A stretch of DNA of 64,000 nucleotides from Mytilus edulis (lineage: Eukaryota), in NCBI RefSeq assembly GCF_963676685.1, contig NC_092344.1, positions 120,342,001 through 120,406,000 of the forward strand, in the 5' to 3' direction. The translations under genes were made by a program, and so were the position numbers. A model generated the notes under the pieces. It was not told the origin of the DNA. It saw nothing but the letters and a program-made list of their open reading frames with translations, and did not search any database. Of the stretch, positions 1 to 12,600 are shown piece by piece. How positions within the stretch are numbered: the first letter of the stretch is position 1; the number at the start of each line of letters is the position of its first letter.

Positions 1-102
1 TTTGTACATACGACTTGAGAATTGCTGTGGACAAGTTCATGTGCGAGAAACAAGAAGTCTCCAAATTTGGTGTTAGGGACTTAAAACTTCACAATCTGAT
101 TA

Positions 103-2900
103 TAAAAAAGAAGATGTGGTATGATTACCAATGACAGTCAGAGACAACTTTCCACAAGAGACCAAAATGACACAGACATTAACAACTATAGCTCACAGTA
201 TGGCCTTCAACAATGAGCAAAGCCCATACCGCATAGTCAGCTATAAAAGACCCCGAAATGACAATGTAAAACAATCCAAACGAGAAAACTTACGGCCATT
301 TTTATAAAATAAACCAGATGCTCCGCAGGGCGTAGCTTTATACGACCGCAGAGGTTGAACCCTGAACGGTTGGGGCAAGTATGGACACAACATTCAAGCT
401 GGATTCAGCTCTAAATTTGGATTGTGATTAAATAGATGACACAGCATAAGTTTCTGACACAGAATGAATGTGTTCTAATGAACTTAAAATTTTTGTTTTC
501 TCTTAGAGCAATTCACTATGCTGTTGAATATTAATCCTCTCAAAAAAATGTTTGAAGAAATTTTCTTTTTTATTTATGAAATTTCAAATGAGAAAAATTG
601 AACCCAATTTTTTTAATCACATCCCCCTTTCCCTTATTCCCAAAACTAATCTCAATTAAAATTTCTAATGGAGTTTGCAACAATAACTACTCATTTAAAT
701 ACATCTTAAAATATTATGATGTAAAAAAAACTGCTTGTTATCACTGAATGGTAAAGATTATTTTAATTTATCAGTTGGTAGTAAAAAGTGAATATACATT
801 GTATATTGTATATAACAAAGATTTAAGTTGATTCTGGACAAAGAAAGATAACTCCAATTAAAAAAAAATCTTGCTATTGCACAATATTTTGCAATTAGAT
901 ATTTCTTGCTTACTATTCTGGACAAAGAAAGATAACTCTAATTAAAAAAAAATTTGCTATTTCACAATATTGTGCAATTAGATATTTCTTGCCATTGCGC
1001 AATACTGTGCAATTGAAAAGACTTGCTATTGCACAATACTTAATATAATAATTTTAGATCCTGATTTGGACCAACTTGAAAACTGGGCCCATAATAAAAA
1101 ATCTAAGTACATTTTTGGATTCAGCATATCAAAGAACCCCAAGATTTCAATTTTTGTTAAAATCAGACTAAGTTTAATTTTGGACCCTTTGGACTTTAGT
1201 GTAGACCAATTTGAAAACAGGACCAAAAATGAAGAATCTACATACACAGTTAGATTTGGTATATCAAAGAACCTCATTTATTCAATTTTTGATGAAATCA
1301 AACAAAGTTTAATTTTGGACCCCGATTTGGACCGACTTGAAAACTGGGCCAATAATCAAGAATCTAAGTACATTTTTAGATTCAGCATATCAAAGAACCT
1401 AACTGATTCATTTTTTGTCAAAATCAAACTAAGTTTAATTTTGGACCCTTTGGACCTTAATGTAGACCAATTTGAAAACGGGACCAAAAGTTAAGAATCT
1501 ACATACACAGTCATGACAGTTAGATTCGGCATATCAAAGAACCCAAATTATTCAACTTTGATGAAATCAAACAAAGTTTAATTTTGGACCCTTTGGGCCC
1601 CTTATTATGTTGGGACCAAAACTCCCAAAATCAATACCAACCTTCCTTTTATGGTCATAAACCCTGTGTTTAAATTTCATAGATTTCTATTTACTTATAC
1701 TAACGTTATGGTGCGAAAACCAAAAAAAATGCTTATTTGGGTCCCTTTTTGGCCCCTAATTCCTAAACTGTTGGGACCTAAACTCCCAAAATCAATACCA
1801 ACCTTCCTTTTGTAGTCATTAACATTGTGTTTAAATTTCATTGATTTCTATTTACTTAAACTAAAGTTATTGTGCGAAAACCAAGAATAATGCTTATTTG
1901 GGCCCTTTTTTGGCCCCTAATTCCTAAACTGTTGAAACCAAAACTCCCAAAATCAATCCCAACCGTTCTTTTGTGGTCATAAACCTTGTGTCAAAATTTC
2001 ATAGATTTCTATTAACTTAAACTTAAGTTATAGTGCGAAAACCAAGAAAATGCTTATTTGGGCCCTTTTTGGCCCCTAATTCCTAAAATGTTGGGATCAA
2101 AACTCCCAAAATCAATACCAACCTTCCTTTTGTGGTCATAAACCTTGTGTTAAAATTTCATAGATTTCCATTCACTTTTACTAAAGTTAGAGTGCGAAAA
2201 GTAAAAGTATTCGGACGACGACGCAGACGACGACGCCAACGTGATAGCAATATACGACGAAATTTTTTTCAAATTTTGCGGTCGTATAAAAATGAACGAA
2301 AAACAAATATGTAACACATAAACAAACGACAACCACTGCATTACAGGCTCCTGACTTGGGACAGGCGCATACCTAAATAGTGTGGCGGGGTTAAATATGT
2401 TAGCGGGATCCCAACCCTCCCCCTAAACTGGGACAGTGGTATAACAGTACAACATAAAAACGAACTATAAAAATCAGTTGAAAAAGGCTGAACTCATCAG
2501 ATGGACAAAAATACAAGTGGACGTGGCCGGGTACTTGTACATCCTGACAACAAAAAGACACTAGGAACAGATCTGGGAGTACTCGCAGTTATCTGACAGT
2601 TAGTTCAAAGCCACTAACAACTAATTAAAAAAAATCATGCATCTAAAACTAAACTATCAATCCGTACACGTCCAATATCCAATGGATTTAGTGTAAAGAC
2701 GTCATAAACAGTCAGAGAAAAACATGACCTAGTGCAATGCCAAGTTACAGGTATCGATAGATTGCAGATCCATGAATGTGTATATGAATATAACATTCTA
2801 GTAATATTTAGTTTGCTTTTAATTTACTTATAACAAAATCAATACTTATACCAATAAAACAATATTCAATGATTTTATTACAATGTTGAATTGGTATCCT
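103..2900. repeat. Abundant interspersed repeat (aagaagatgtggtatgatt.. family) split by the HINE insertion; other copies near 27350-27590, 28515-28632 and 29020-29565 (inverted)
   Basis: Segments 103-311 and 2291 onward join into a sequence matching the reverse complement of 29170-29560. Confidence 0.7.
312..2290 (+). mobile_element. Helentron/HINE-like non-autonomous element, copy 1, with internal tandem subrepeats
   Basis: Subterminal inverted repeat TTATACGACCGCA..TGCGGTCGTATAA, (GAC)n tract, terminal stem-loop, and ~270-bp and ~175-bp internal repeats. It interrupts another repeat; a second copy is at 61545-63800. Confidence 0.7.
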
Positions 2901-3232
2901 TTTAGAATAAGTTTACAAGGATCATTTCTAAATTTCCGGGCACGGTTAACAACATTTCCGTAAAAATGAGGATGTGCTATCCCGTTTGAAATAAGTTTAA
3001 ACTGATTAAACTAAATATCGTAATAATACGTTAGTAGGAAGAAATTTGCAACTTGAGTTTTGAATACCCTAGCCAACTTGAAGCCCATCAGAAGTGGCAG
3101 AAACAACATACATGCAGTAAATGGATCTCATAAATAATAAATGCATCCGTATAAAAATCTCGTATCAATAAAGAGCGATTTCAGTTTTTTTTGTTTTTTT
3201 GTATGAAATGCCAATTTATATTTTCTACATAC

Positions 3233-3893
3233 TTGCTTTATTATACATCATATACTGTTCAGCACAATTGAAAGTTAGACCATCAATAGTAAACTTAGCT
3301 GGATGCCACTGACTGAATGGCGATTCTTTTCGCCAGAAGAATAAAAAATTCTCAGTCTCTTTTTGTATTCTGTCTCTCCCTTGTCGAGCATGTTCGCTCG
3401 ATTGTCCTCCAGCTCCATGGTCTCGAGATTTGTAATCTGATGAACTGTTCCCAGTAGATCCACTGTTTATGTTGTCACATGGTTTGTCACATGGTTGAGG
3501 TTTTAGTCTTTCTGCATTTGCTTTATTATGTCCACCAGGGAATCTATGAGCATTATGGTATTTATCGGTTCCTGCTCCACTCTGAAGCCTGATGTTGCGT
3601 CGTCTTTCTTGGTTTGTGTTGTTTTCCCTTTTATTGTCGTCTTTAGTAGAATTATTTGAAGAAGGCGTGTCATTTGTGAAATCCAATGTGTCTGGGGTAG
3701 AAAAAGGTATGGGTTGCGAATTCCATGTTCCTCCTGTCCCACTTTCTAAACTGTATGAGGGTATATACTTATCATTGTTGGCTTGTTCCGCTTCTACTGC
3801 TGATACATAGTCTACATTTGCGGTAACAGACAAATCAGAAATATCAGGGTACAAGTTCGACCGTCCATTTGAGATGTCTGAAGATTCTGCCAT
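3233..3893 (-). CDS. NADAR paralog A, large first coding exon (disordered N-terminal arm plus start of NADAR domain); downstream exons lie beyond the left edge
   Basis: ORF ends FFWRKESPFSQWHPAKFTIDGLTFNCAEQYMMYNKA (NADAR/YbiA N-terminal motif), then phase-1 donor GCA A|GTATGT at 3232. Acceptor ttttgtag at 3911-3912. No NADAR exon seen in 1-3232. Confidence 0.85.
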
Positions 3894-4569
3894 ATGTGAT
3901 TACAAGTGTTCTACAAAATATGAAATGATTTCACTTAGCATCGAGATTATCTTGTAGTGGGTTTCTTACTTTAGTTCCCTGTTTGTTTTTTTCATATTGT
4001 AAGTAGACAACTTTAAATAAAGATCTGTTAAAGTGGACTCCATGTATAAATGAAATTTTGCATACATCGGTAATACATATTTAATACAGTTTATACCAAG
4101 CCAAATGACTTGTAAAATCGGGTTAGCTTCACACTAGTTGTAAAATCTTATTTAAAAATTTTAAATGTTCATACAATTCCAGCAATCCAACGATGCTTCA
4201 CTGCTTCACGACAGAAATCCGTATGATAACATTTTTGTAGACCGGTGCTATCAAATTGGTACCTTTCATTATCATTTTTAATTTCAGTATTTCTGTTGAA
4301 AACGTAAGCATCAGATATTAGAATAGAAGGTTCTTAATATATATTGAATACTTCCAATTTATGCTGGTAATTTGTGTAATCATTGCTACATGATGATGGA
4401 TAACATTCTACAGGTGCAAGTAAAGAATAGAAAATTACGAGGATTAATAACAGGTCTCCTCTATCAATAAGCTCTACTTTATTTTATTTTCTACCCTTAA
4501 ACTTAATACATCACATCAAATATTGAGATGGAGACATGAAATATGAACTACATTTGTATGTCTTAATTC

Positions 4570-5815
4570 AACAAGAGTGCACGCGCTGAAATGTCTCGCC
4601 TTCTTCAATAACCATTGATATTATGTTGATGTCAATAATCCTAAATATTTTAGCTTTCCTACAACTATCACATAAACTAAACATGATCCAAGAAAATGAG
4701 GTCAAGGTCAAATAAACCTAAGGAGAAATACATATATATACACCTTACAATCATCCAGTACACTAAATATAGTTGACCTATAATTGCTTATAGTTTCTTA
4801 GAAATAGACTAAACCAAGAAAACTAAACATTGATCAGTGAATCATGAAAATTAGGTCGCGGTCAGATGTTAACTGCCAGACAGACATATACAGCTAACAG
4901 TCCTTCCATACAACAAATATAGTTGACCTATTGCTTATAGTTAAAGAAAAACAAACCAAAACACAAAAACTTAACACTGAGCAATGAACCATGAAAATGA
5001 GGTCAAGGTCAAACAAAACCTGCGAGACTGACGTGTACATCATAAAATATTTCTATACACCAACTATAGTTAACCTGTTGCATATATAGTATTAGAAAAA
5101 ATTACCAGACCTCCAAAACTTAACTTTGACCACTGAACCACGAATATGCGGTTAAGGTCAAATGATACCGGCAAGATGGACATGTACACCTTACAATTTA
5201 AGCAACTTGGTATCAATAGAAGCAGAATTGTCACAGGTTTATTTGTTTATTTGGATATATTTATTTTGTATATCAATTTCATTTTTTCACAAGATAAACA
5301 CAAATATTTTTTTCTGTTCAGAAATTCGCTATCTATTCAACCAAATTAAATTACAAAAAACTATTTTACGAGTTCACATCGAGAGAAAACAAAAACACCT
5401 GAAGATAAAACTATTACAAAATAAACAAACATTCCTTAGACAAGTCTACATCTTTGAAGGCCTTGTTGATCAAAATCCAACCATAAATGCCCTCAAAATA
5501 TTTTTTGGAAAAAAATGTATTTTTATATGAATTAATATATGGCAAAACATGCAGGTGACGAATACTTTTGGCCATGCAGTTATATTGATGACTGAAAAAC
5601 TTTATATTAAACCTTAGACCGAATCTAAACTGTAAACAAAAGTGAGTCCATTTTTCAATGAAAAGAAATATTTTCTAAATGTTGATCATAAAGTTCCTAA
5701 ATTCTATAAATGTGTGATAGATGCTCAGACTGAACCTATATGTCTGCTGTCGATGCCGACGACGGAATCTAGTCTCCTAGGATCGCTTTGTCTTGCTGTC
5801 GCAGGCTCGACATAA
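4570..5815 (+). mobile_element. Degenerate HINE-like element
   Basis: Begins aacaagagtgcacg..tgtctcgcc, has tandem 'aaaatgaggtcaaggtca' subunits, and ends with a hairpin-like tail near 5780-5815. Confidence 0.45.
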
Positions 5816-6561
5816 AGTGATCAGTGACAATTACATCCTTTTTGTAAATTAATTCAAATAATATGGTTCCACTTCAGCTGCCAAAACCTTCCTAAACATA
5901 TTTTAAGTACCATTAAAATCTAGATTGTTTGCCTATATATACTAAATTTACCATTGTATATGCGACTTATATTGTTTTTCATTATTTAGATTATTTAAAT
6001 ATATGCTGTCTAACTCTTGGAAAATCCATAGTTGTTCTCTATCCGGCTATACAAGGGATCATACAAATAATTATAATCATACTTTGGTGGTAAATATCCA
6101 AGTTGTGTGTCCTCAGTGGGGATTGTTGTGTCATTTTGTCGGTCTAGTTACTGACTAGTCTTGGTAAAACCCATACCTTTGTAGGTTATCCATTTATTAC
6201 AGCTCTAGACGGCATGTGTGTTAAGGCCAAACAACATACTGGTGTTTGACTCGACATTCCTACCTTACATTGTAATTTGTATGGACACTTTTAGAATCAT
6301 TGCAAATTGATTGCGTGTATTATACACTTCATATAAAATAAATAAGAAAACAATACCACAGACCGATTTTTCTGAATATAAAGTTAAACACATTTTTGTA
6401 TTGTGGCCTGCTGAAAATGAAAGTGAAACCGAAAGTAGAATTCAAATGGTTATTGTCAATTTACAAATATGTCCAACTTACACTCTTTCCTTAACATATT
6501 TTTTTATAATTATTAAAGTCAAATTTTATAATAATCAAAATCTAACAATAAGTGTACCTAC

Positions 6562-6651
6562 CTTTTCCCTTTATGAACTGAGCTTGATTTGTTTACTTCC
6601 GTTTTAGTATTTCACAAGGCGACTTTCTGAATGTGCAGGCGTTAGCAAACT
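6562..6651. promoter_or_regulatory. Putative compact bidirectional promoter / 5' leader region shared by NADAR A (-) and NADAR B (+)
   Basis: Minus-strand donor AAAAG|GTAGGT at 6561 lies 90 nt from the + strand ATG of B's micro-exon; ETS-like ACTTCCG at ~6595. Confidence 0.4.
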
Positions 6652-9600
6652 ATGGGAACAAAGAGGCAAAGAGGTACAATAAAATTAACGATAGTAATAG
6701 AATACTGTAATATGTATCACTAATAAATTGTTATTCAAAACAAAACAAACTGAACAAACTGTTTCGTTTCATTATTTCACATTCCTGCGGATCGGAGTTC
6801 AATGAAAAAACAGTTACGGATCGACTTAAAAAATCCGTAATGCAATAATTAATATTTGTTGTGGAAATACCCATTGAAATTTGTTTCTGCACACATATTT
6901 AAAACGTCCAAGTAATATTTTGTAAATTTATTTTTATCTCTGATTTTAGGGGGAACATTGAGTCCCACATTACAAAAAGTGTCCAAAAATTCGAAATGAA
7001 CATGAAAAAGGTTGAAAAGGCCAAACTTAGTTTGTGTTTCGAGTTCACTCTTTTCAGTGACAAAACAAGGAAATTGGGTATTTTTATTAATTTTTTTACT
7101 CCTGTTAACCTCAAATTTATGGGGACGCTCTATGTGGGTTTTTTTTTATACACAACCAAATGGGCCAATGAAACTGAGTTTAGAAAAATGAAAGTGGGAC
7201 AGATTTATATATATATCTATAAGTTTTTATGTTTCCGAATCCCTATCTTTCTGTTGGAAATTTGTGACATTTTAAGGCAAGTATTTGAGTACATTCAGGT
7301 CATTTGGTTTAAGGTGGATTGTTACCTCATTTTCAATTATACAGAACATAACCTTATTTTACTCACTGGTAGGAAAATCCTTTGTTATTGTGGCCAATTT
7401 AAAAGACACAAAATTAAATAATACAAAGACATTTCTGACAAAACTACAACAACTAAAATCTTACTAGAAATAACTTAATTGTTTGCCTACACGTTTTGAA
7501 TACGTATACAATGGGTATATACTAGTAGTTATCCAAGATAACTTCTCCTACAGTTTGAATGTTAGGAAGTTTTCACTTTAGTGTTTAGTGAGATTTTGTG
7601 CAAATATATTGCCGGTGTGCATGTGGCCAGGGTTTTGATGATTTTGTTGATTTTTTTACTCATTTTGGAGATAGTTGAACTTTGTCATTTCTGGAGTATA
7701 TACTTGCATAAGAGGTGCATAGCGTTTTCGGAAAACTCCTTCTTCATTGAACCATTGACTTGTGTGCTCCCATGCTTAACTTAGTGTATTTTACAATAAC
7801 ACTTTGCATCTGTGGGGGCCATCATTTATGTCTCCCAGACAATTGACTTTGTTGTAATACAGTTACTTCAGAGGGGAGTGCAGGGGCATCGTTTGTCTAG
7901 TTTTTGTCTCGCCTTGACGAAGTCAAAAAGCGAGACATAGGTATGCTGTTTCTTCTTCGGCGATGGTGATTGCGGCGACTGCGGCAGCGGAGTCACTGAC
8001 AATGTATTAGTTTGTGATTAGGTCTAGTTAATGGTAAACGATAAGTGATAGGTCAATGATTTTTGGTATGCAGTTGTATAAGCATTAGCATATCTCTGGC
8101 ATTTCCATTGAGATCATTTGGTCCTGCCCCCTCAGTAATGGTCTATTGACTTTGAAAAGTATACATTTTGCTAAATACGATCTTTTTTCTTTCCTTGAAA
8201 CCTATGTAAATGAGGATTACATACCAGAAAAAGTGCTGTGGTCGAAAATTGTCCGTCAGTCTATTTAAATTTATGAAGTGAACGGATGGAAAAGTAATTT
8301 AGAAAATAGAAATGAACTCAAACGGTATTCCCAAATTCATCCTACCCTCTGTGAACATAGATTAATTCGGTTGACAGTTTTATATCCCGATGCAAAACTC
8401 GAACTGTTCAGTAGTACTTGTAGCTTTAGGATCGGCAGCCATTAAGAAAGCTACATGTACTCTATGTAACAAACAGTCTTTTGATATCGTTAAACATTTA
8501 ATTATAGAGTGTCATGTTCTATTAACGGAAAAAAATGTTATGTTATGTTTTATAAAATTGTAGATGCACTTCCCATTCAAAAGTTCGTGGACATTTTCAA
8601 TTTAGACGACGATGACCTTGTTGAAGTACTATTAGGAGCTGTTGATGATACAGTATACGATTTCGATCCTTTAGATTGGTATAGAATGGTGTATTACATA
8701 GCAAAACATGTTTACCCCATGTTTAAAAAATTCAGACATGTATTATTTGAAAACAGGTTTAATTTTGAATTTTGAATAGACTTTGATTGAAAAAAATTGT
8801 GTTTTTGTTGTGTATACTAGAATATATGTGTATTGTGTGTTTAGGAATATCTAAATGTTTTTTTTTTTCATTGGGTATTTATCTCAAAATGTATGATATT
8901 TTGTTTATTGTGTAAATAATTACTTATTTTTTTTTTTATGCAAAATCTTCATATACATGGAGGAAATAAAGATTCATTCATTCATTCATGCATTAGTTTG
9001 TGATTAGGTCAATTCAAGGTGAATCATTAGTGGTAGGCCAATGTTAATTGGCATTTAGTTGTATAAGCATTAGCATATCTAGTTTCCATGGAGATTATTT
9101 GGCCCCGCTCCCTCGATCATGGTCTATTGACTTTGAAACATTTGCTTAGTTTATATGTTTTAGTTTGTGATTAGATCAGTTTAAGGAAGCTGACTTGTCG
9201 TGTTTTAGATTTTTTTGTCAGATTTTCGGAATCCTCTGGTGTTATCCATTTGAATACCTTGAAAAAAATTGCTCGGTGACCACCATTTTTCTTTTTGTAA
9301 ATCTTTTACATGTATAATGATAAGCCATCTGTAAAAATCTGAATATAAAATTTTAATCACTTTTTTTTGAGAACTTCAACTTGTCAATGGTAAAGCTATG
9401 AAGAGTCAAGAGAGAATATGTTCCCGCCAAAATTTCAATGGCTAATATATCGAAAACAAGCACGGTGACCTATATATTTTTTTTGCTCTTTGGATTCCTT
9501 TATTAATCCCCTATCTATATAAACTAGTTTTTTGAAAAGTTAATTACTTTGAAACTGAGAAGCGAACTCCCTTAAGATGAACTGCTGTTAAAAGCCTAGA

Positions 9601-12600
9601 ATGTTAAGTCAATGATATTTGATATGCAAATTTATTGGCATTTGCAAGTCTTGTTTCTATTGCCGGAGATTATAAAGCACCATTCCCACATCATGGTTCA
9701 TTGACATTGAAACTTTTACATAGTTTACCAATTTAATGTTTGGGTTTAGGTTTGTTTTCAGGGAACGACTTATGATAAGTCAATGATATTATTCGATATT
9801 TCTGCGTTTGTATTAAAATTGGCACATCTCATTTCCACGGAGATTGTTGTACCTTCAATAATAGTTCATTGACTTTGAATATTTGCATAACTTACATGTT
9901 AAAGTATTTCTATTTTAATATCAACATTTTCATTATCAAAATTACAAAAAGGCGAGACTTATTTTTGTGATAACAGTTTATTAATAATTTTTTCAGACTC
10001 GAATGAAGATGATGTCATCAAAGAAAGTCAGAGAACAGAAAGCAAACAACAAAGAAAAATGGATCATTATTTGACAAAGAAAGACAGTACTCAAATAAAT
10101 CGAGAAAAATCTCAAGTTCACAGTGGAGAAGAAACAGACAAAACAAAGGAGAAATATTCAAAGAATGATTTATCAACCCCTGATGTGAAAGACTCAGACA
10201 AGAGGGGGAAAGAGAAAAGTGAAACTGAAAGAAAATCCAAACACAAGAATCCACTTGATACAGAGAGTACAGAAATACCTTCAAAGCGAATGAAAATAGA
10301 CGAATGCAGCACTGTCAAAGACAAAAACCTAATGACGAATTATGTTGAATATGGACCAAAGGAAAAAGATCTAACAAATGAAGAAAATAGAAAGACTTCA
10401 ACAAATGATTTCTCTGTAGGTCATAAAGAATTATCAAAGAAACACAAGAAACGTAAAAAGGAAAAAAAGTCAAAATATTCACATAAGGATAAACATTCAC
10501 ATAAAGATAAACATTCACGCAAACACTCAAGTGAATCTGACAAGAGGTCAAAGAACTCGGACAGTAAGAAAAGAAATTCCCACAGAGTTGGCAGTGAACA
10601 TGAAAATGAGTCAAATCAACAACGACTTGATAAGGAAAAGAAGTCAAAACACACGGACAGTACTGAATCAGAAGATAATTCATCATATCCGCGTAGAGAC
10701 TCAGAAAAGAAGTCCAAACATTCACACAAGGACAGCACTGAATCAGAAGATAATTCACCATATCCCCGTAGAGACTCAGAAAAGAAGTTCAAACATTCAC
10801 ACAAGGACAGCACTGAATCAGAAGATAATTCACTATATCAGCGTAGAGACTCGGAAAAGAAGGCTAGAGATTCACATAATATACCTGAAACAAATGCAAC
10901 TTATCCACAAAGAGACCCCGAAATACACTCAGAGCAGTCCCACAGAAGTTTTTATAGTAGTGATTCAGAACCTTCGCCATCACAAGAAAGTCATTCATAT
11001 AAAGATATAACAGAAAAAACGAGCAACCGTTCAGACAAGAAAACGGAGAAAGGATACGATTTTACAAATAGTGATAGAAAGGAAAGTGGAGGGACACCCA
11101 AAAAATCCAGTCATTGCTCTAAAAATGATGATTATGCATCAAGTAGTAAACGTTATGAAGATAGTAGTAAATGCTCAAGTAGAAGTTACAGCGGAGCAGA
11201 GGGTTCCAGTAAAGACGAAAAATACAGCAAAGAAGACGAGGTGCAGTCACGGAAGCGTAATAGTGAACACCTTGATACAAGCCCATCTATTGATAAAAAA
11301 TATTCAAGTGAGAAAAAGGCACGGCATTCGCTTGGATGTAAAAGTACGCCAGAAACCCCAGAACGACATTTAAAAAAAGAAAAATCAATGTCTCCTAAGA
11401 AATCCGAACAACATGTGAAAAAAGAAAAATCAAAATCTCCTAAGAAATCCGAACAACATGTGAAAAAAGAAAAATCAAAATCTCCTAAGAAATCCGAAAG
11501 GAAGTTCGAAGAAACATTTGAGTCCAGCAATACTGATTTAAAAGAGAGACATATAAAGAACATTGATATACTTATAGAAAGTATGAAGGGAGAAAATAGA
11601 ATCAAGGATTCAGCAGAAAGAATACGGTATTTAGTGGGTACTGGTACACTTATAACAACCAGATATGATTTCGTCTATTTCTTTGGTATGGTGTCACCAT
11701 TTAGTCAGTTCCATTCTGCAAACTTCAAAGTCCAGAATATTATGTATACATGTGCTGAACAGTATATGATGCACCAGAAAGCAGGTTTGTGGAAATTTTC
11801 TTATTTTAGTGCGACGGTATCTGTGCAAAACTCAATCTTTATCATCGAAACATTTATTTTACATAGCATTATAAAAAAACATATGCCTCTCACTTATGAT
11901 ATATCATGAAATACAAGTAACATATTGGTAGTAGCGTTAGATCTCTGTATAAAGCTTCTTATTTTAGAAGGTAGAAGATCTGAACAATCAGTTTTAATAC
12001 AGATACCAAATAGTCTGTGGTACATGGCATAAAAGAGGGACGAAAGATACCAGAGGGACAGTCAAACTCATAAATCGAAAATAAACTGACAACGCCATGG
12101 CTAAAAATGAAAAGGACAAACAGACAAACAATAGTACACATGACACAACATAGAAAAGTAAAGAATAAAAAACACAAACCCCACCAAAAACTAGGGGTGG
12201 TCTCAGATGCTCCGGAATAGTAAGCAGATCCTGCTCCACATGTGGCACCCGTCGTGTTGTTTATGAGATAAAAAATCCGGTAAATAGTCTAATTCGGTAG
12301 GTCACATTCATGAAAGGAAAGGGGCATAAGTCTCGTGTTATTTTTATGATGCATCTGACAACAACTTAAATCTAGACCTTTTTCAGGTGATTGTTTCAGT
12401 TAATGAGTATTAGACTATTGGTTTACTAGTATATTATGTTAAGGGAAATTTTATTGTCCCTCCGTCAGGGTTCATTTGACCTAGACATTTCTCATGATTT
12501 ATGCATTGATCGACATTAAGCAGTCTGTTAGTCGGATGTTGTTAGAAATTTAGGTTAGCTATATTGGATATCTAGAATAGTTGTACGGTGTACATGTTCG

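Larger units (their letters stand above)
7900..9960 (-). mobile_element. Degenerate HINE-like element hosting nested insertions
   Basis: tttttgtctcgcc..gcgagaca hairpin and cggcg tract at ~7900-7990; repeated 'ctattgactttgaa' subunits; ggcgagac at ~9951. Confidence 0.45.

Noticed and set aside
1026-1494. 142-aa and 83-aa ORFs
   Set aside because: Lie within the tandem subrepeats of a non-autonomous element.
3835-3860. LYPDI in the arm of A as an ALIX-binding motif
   Set aside because: Imperfect single short match with no supporting evidence.
8509-8775. Stand-alone 88-aa gene
   Set aside because: Continues a disrupted upstream frame with a CCHC knuckle and ends in an (ATTC)n tail, so it is the 3' end of a retrotransposon.
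10018-11605. Antisense and alternate-frame ORFs over NADAR B (and similar ones over A, C, D, E, F)
   Set aside because: Shadows of low-complexity coding exons.
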